Source: Candidatus Eiseniibacteriota bacterium
GTDB lineage: Bacteria > Eisenbacteria > RBG-16-71-46 > CAZEPH01
DNA: 10,460 nt
Direction: 5' to 3'
Assembly: GCA_044229145.1 (NCBI GenBank)
Contig: JBGATO010000086.1
Location: 1-10,460 of the forward strand
This document shows, piece after piece, positions 8,205 to 10,460 of this stretch (the stretch's first letter is position 1; the number at the start of each line of letters is the position of its first letter). The notes beneath the pieces are model-generated. The model was not told the origin of the DNA. It saw only the letters and a list, made by a program, of their open reading frames with translations, and did not search any database. The position numbers and the translations under genes were made by a program.

Positions 8205-8562
8205 GCTCGTTTCCTCGCCGAACGGACGGGGCTCCCGGAAAAAGTGGCCCGCGAGGGCGTGGGGGCGATCGGTGCGGACGCGCTCCCGGCAGGGGTTTGT
8301 CGCGCGCCCTCGCGGGTGGAGGAAACCAGCCGTCCTTGCCGCACCCGGAGGATGCTTCGCCATCGGCGCGGTCGCATGCGGCATCGGACCTGCTCGTCGC
8401 GTACGCCGAACAATCCGGCGCGCGGGCGCGAATTCTTCGGCGCGCCGCCGGGGCATTCGCGACGCCTCGCGTCGCCTCGCGTCGCGTCGCGACGGCCGGC
8501 GGCGCCGCGCCGGCCCTTCGTCGGGATGCGCCCGCCCGCACGGCGCGGCGGGAACGGCTTTG

Positions 8563-8571
8563 TGCTATAAG
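8563..8571 (+). promoter_or_regulatory. Possible extended -10 element upstream of the FimW-like gene
   Basis: TGcTATAAG, an AT-rich spot in a very GC-rich spacer, ~80 nt upstream of ATG8649. Confidence 0.4.
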
Positions 8572-8648
8572 CGCGCTGATGAGCCGGCCTTCGCGCTCGC
8601 GGCCTGCGGCAGACGCGGTCCGGTCTGTCGGGGCGCCCTCTCACTGAC

Positions 8649-10279
8649 ATGCAAGACACCGCTTCGGAAGCCATGCAGCCGGCCAAGGCCGACCCGCCAC
8701 CACGCGACGAGGTGCCGGCGCTCGCCTTCGCCGACGCCGACGGCGCCAAGCGGTGGGCCAAGTCGCTGCTGATCACGGCGGTCACGCCGCTCTACGAGGC
8801 GGTGCGCGGCCAGCTGCGGGCGCTCTCGGCGGCGGACTTCGCGCCGCGCGAGCGGGCGACGATCGCCGAGGTCATGCGCGAGCAGGTCGCGCACCTGCAC
8901 ACCGAGCTCGCGCGCCGCTACGCGGGCAAGCCGCAGCCCGCCGCCGACCGCGAGGTCGACGCGATGGAGCAGGCGCTGTCGCTGTGGCAGGGCCTTTGGG
9001 AGCAGTACTCGGCGTGCCTCAAACCGCTGCTCGAAGGCGACGTCGAGCTGCAGGGCGTCAAGGCCAAGCTGCTGCAGCGCGGGCTGTACGTCGGCAAGCA
9101 GCTCGTCATCGTCAACGGCCTCGCCCGCCGCGTCACGCCGGCGGCGCTGTGGCAGGAGCTCCACGCGTACTACCGGCTGGCGGAGCTCCTCGACTGCGCG
9201 GTCACGTCGGTGTCCGACGACCTGCAGCCGCACGCCGTCGGCATCTCGTGCTACTCGACGTACTGCCACGCGCTGCTGCTGGGGCTCGCCGACCCGTGCG
9301 CGATGTCCATGCGGCAGATCGAGCTGACCGACCGCTGGCTCGGGCAGTGGGCGCGCAAGATGTTTCCGTACCCGCAGCAGCGCGGACCCGGGCTGGTGCT
9401 GCTCGTCGACTCCGGTCGTCGGTCGGTGCCTGGCTCGCCGCGCCGCCGCGCCGAATCCGCTGGCGACGACAGCCTGGCTGGACTGGCTGCTCGCCACCGC
9501 GCGCGGCGGCCTGAAAGCGGCAAGCCAGGACAGCGACCCGGCCGAGCTCCAGTGGTGTCGACATCGTCAGTCGAGGGCGACTTGCGCTCCTCACGCACCT
9601 CGACCGCAAGTGGTACCAACTGCCGACGCGCGACGCCGACGCGGTGATCGAGGCGGTCCAGCTGACGGCCGGGGGCGTGCAGGCCGCGCCAGCGGCATCG
9701 GCGGACGCACGTTCGACCGGCAGGATCCGCTGGGGCGCCTGACGTTCCAGGGCGCGCAGCACCTGCAGACGCTGGGCGCGCTGACGGCGGACTACGACCG
9801 CTACAGGAGAAGGTCGAGCGCAACTGGCCGTGGGAGCGCTGGCAGGGCGACTACGCGTGGCGCGAGGCGAGCCTCATCCGGCGCGAGTCGACGCGCTATC
9901 GCTGGTTCCTCGACCAGCTGGTCGTCGTGCGCGACGACGAGCGCACGCGGCTCGCGTACGTGACGCGCGTCGCGCACGGCGGATCCGGCGAGCTCGCGGT
10001 CGCGCTGTCGATGTACGCCGGGCAGCCGCGGTCGATCGCCGTGCGGCCGACGTCGGTCGCGTTCGCCAGGAGAACGCCACGACCGCTGCTGCGCCTGGCC
10101 GAGACCGACGGCGAGCGTGTACGATCGACTCCCGCCGCCCGGACGTTCAACCCCAGCCGGACGCTGCGCTCCATGGATACCGGCCCGGAGCGCAAGTTCC
10201 GCCTGACCAAGCTGCTGCAGCGGGGCGGGATTTCGAGCGCGTGGCGTTCGAGGAGTCGCAATTGGGGTCAGAGCTGTAA
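8649..10279 (+). CDS. FimW-like (c-di-GMP receptor family) protein; clean to ~9410, then at least four frameshifts (probably sequence errors)
   Basis: Helical N-terminal pattern AKRWAKSL...LRAL...RERATIAEVMR...LWQELHAYYRLAE...YCHALLLGLADP...RQIEL resembles FimW-type proteins. Protein-like blocks continue in shifting frames: LLTHLDRKWYQLP (from 9587), GIGGRTFDRQDPLGRLTF (~9693), EKVERNWPWERW...LAYVTRV...RLTKLLQRG (9807-10226), DFERVAFEES. Coding is well supported; the family call is less certain. Confidence 0.65.
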
Positions 10280-10356
10280 TGCGGGTGCCGCGTCAGCCGT
10301 CACGGACACTTTACTACGTCTGCCGGGCACCCCGTATTACGGCTCTGACCCCAATT
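10260..10356. repeat. 97-bp imperfect palindromic element (REP/MITE-like) with 15-bp terminal inverted repeats
   Basis: AATTGGGGTCAGAGC (10260-10274) pairs with GCTCTGACCCCAATT (10342-10356). Imperfect pairing continues inward to a ~15-nt loop (10301-10315). Confidence 0.75.
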
Positions 10357-10459
10357 ACGACTCCTCGAACGCCACGCGCTCGAAATCCCCGCCCCGCTGC
10401 AGCAGCTTGGTCAGGCGGAACTTGCGCTCCGGGCCGGTATCCATGGAGCGCAGCGTCCG
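10355..10459 (-). CDS. 3' end of an inverted, in-frame copy of the FimW-like gene (5'-truncated by window)
   Basis: Minus strand reads RTLRSMDTGPERKFRLTKLLQRGGDFERVAFEES then TAA (10357-10355) without frameshift. Confidence 0.8.
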   Translation of the reverse strand, partial: RTLRSMDTGPERKFRLTKLLQRGGDFERVAFEES

Positions 10460-10460
10460 G

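Larger units (their letters stand above)
10157..10460. repeat. Large inverted repeat / fold-back running off the window end
   Basis: 10157-10258 equals the reverse complement of 10358-10460 except for one G indel (GGG at 10227-10229 versus CCCC at 10387-10390). Confidence 0.97.

Noticed and set aside
8457..8494. About seven tandem TCGCG/TCGCC-like pentamers
   Set aside because: Short low-complexity GC repeat with no spacers. Not CRISPR-like, and no supportable function.
7949..8785. Long ORFs across the 8205-8648 spacer (278, 249, 228, 153 aa)
   Set aside because: Low-complexity Arg/Pro/Ala translations with no motifs. Only the 7949-8204 portion looks coding.
8649..9647. 332-aa ORF as the complete protein
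   Set aside because: Sequence after ~9410 is out-of-frame read-through. Coding signal continues in other frames to ~10260.
1..10460. CRISPR array, tRNA/rRNA, integrase or transposase
   Set aside because: No repeat-spacer periodicity, RNA-gene signatures or recombinase motifs were seen.

Overview
GC-rich bacterial DNA, plausibly betaproteobacterial (inferred from gene content only). The left ~3 kb is accessory-type. It holds the 3' end of an Rhs/YD-repeat protein whose post-DPTG tip is a ~100-aa hydrophobic segment bracketed by mirror-spaced cysteines. A small membrane-protein gene follows (candidate immunity), whose N-terminal CxxC-x19-CxxC motif has an in-frame TGA exactly at a Cys position. 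Next come an orphan Rhs fragment and an antitoxin/Doc (Fic-fold) pair with a palindromic operator. The middle has a minus-strand lipoprotein, a 1286-aa FAD/Fe-S/CCG oxidoreductase (DUF3683 type), a REP-like hairpin, and a small frameshifted membrane-protein gene with a structured leader. The right end has a FimW-like gene that is multiply frameshifted after ~9400 and ends in a fold-back: 10157-10258 recurs inverted at 10358-10460 around a 97-bp palindromic element. The fold-back and the frameshift cluster suggest a long-read/assembly artefact, so single-base observations anywhere in this window need read-level confirmation. All family assignments are from motif recognition, not database searches.
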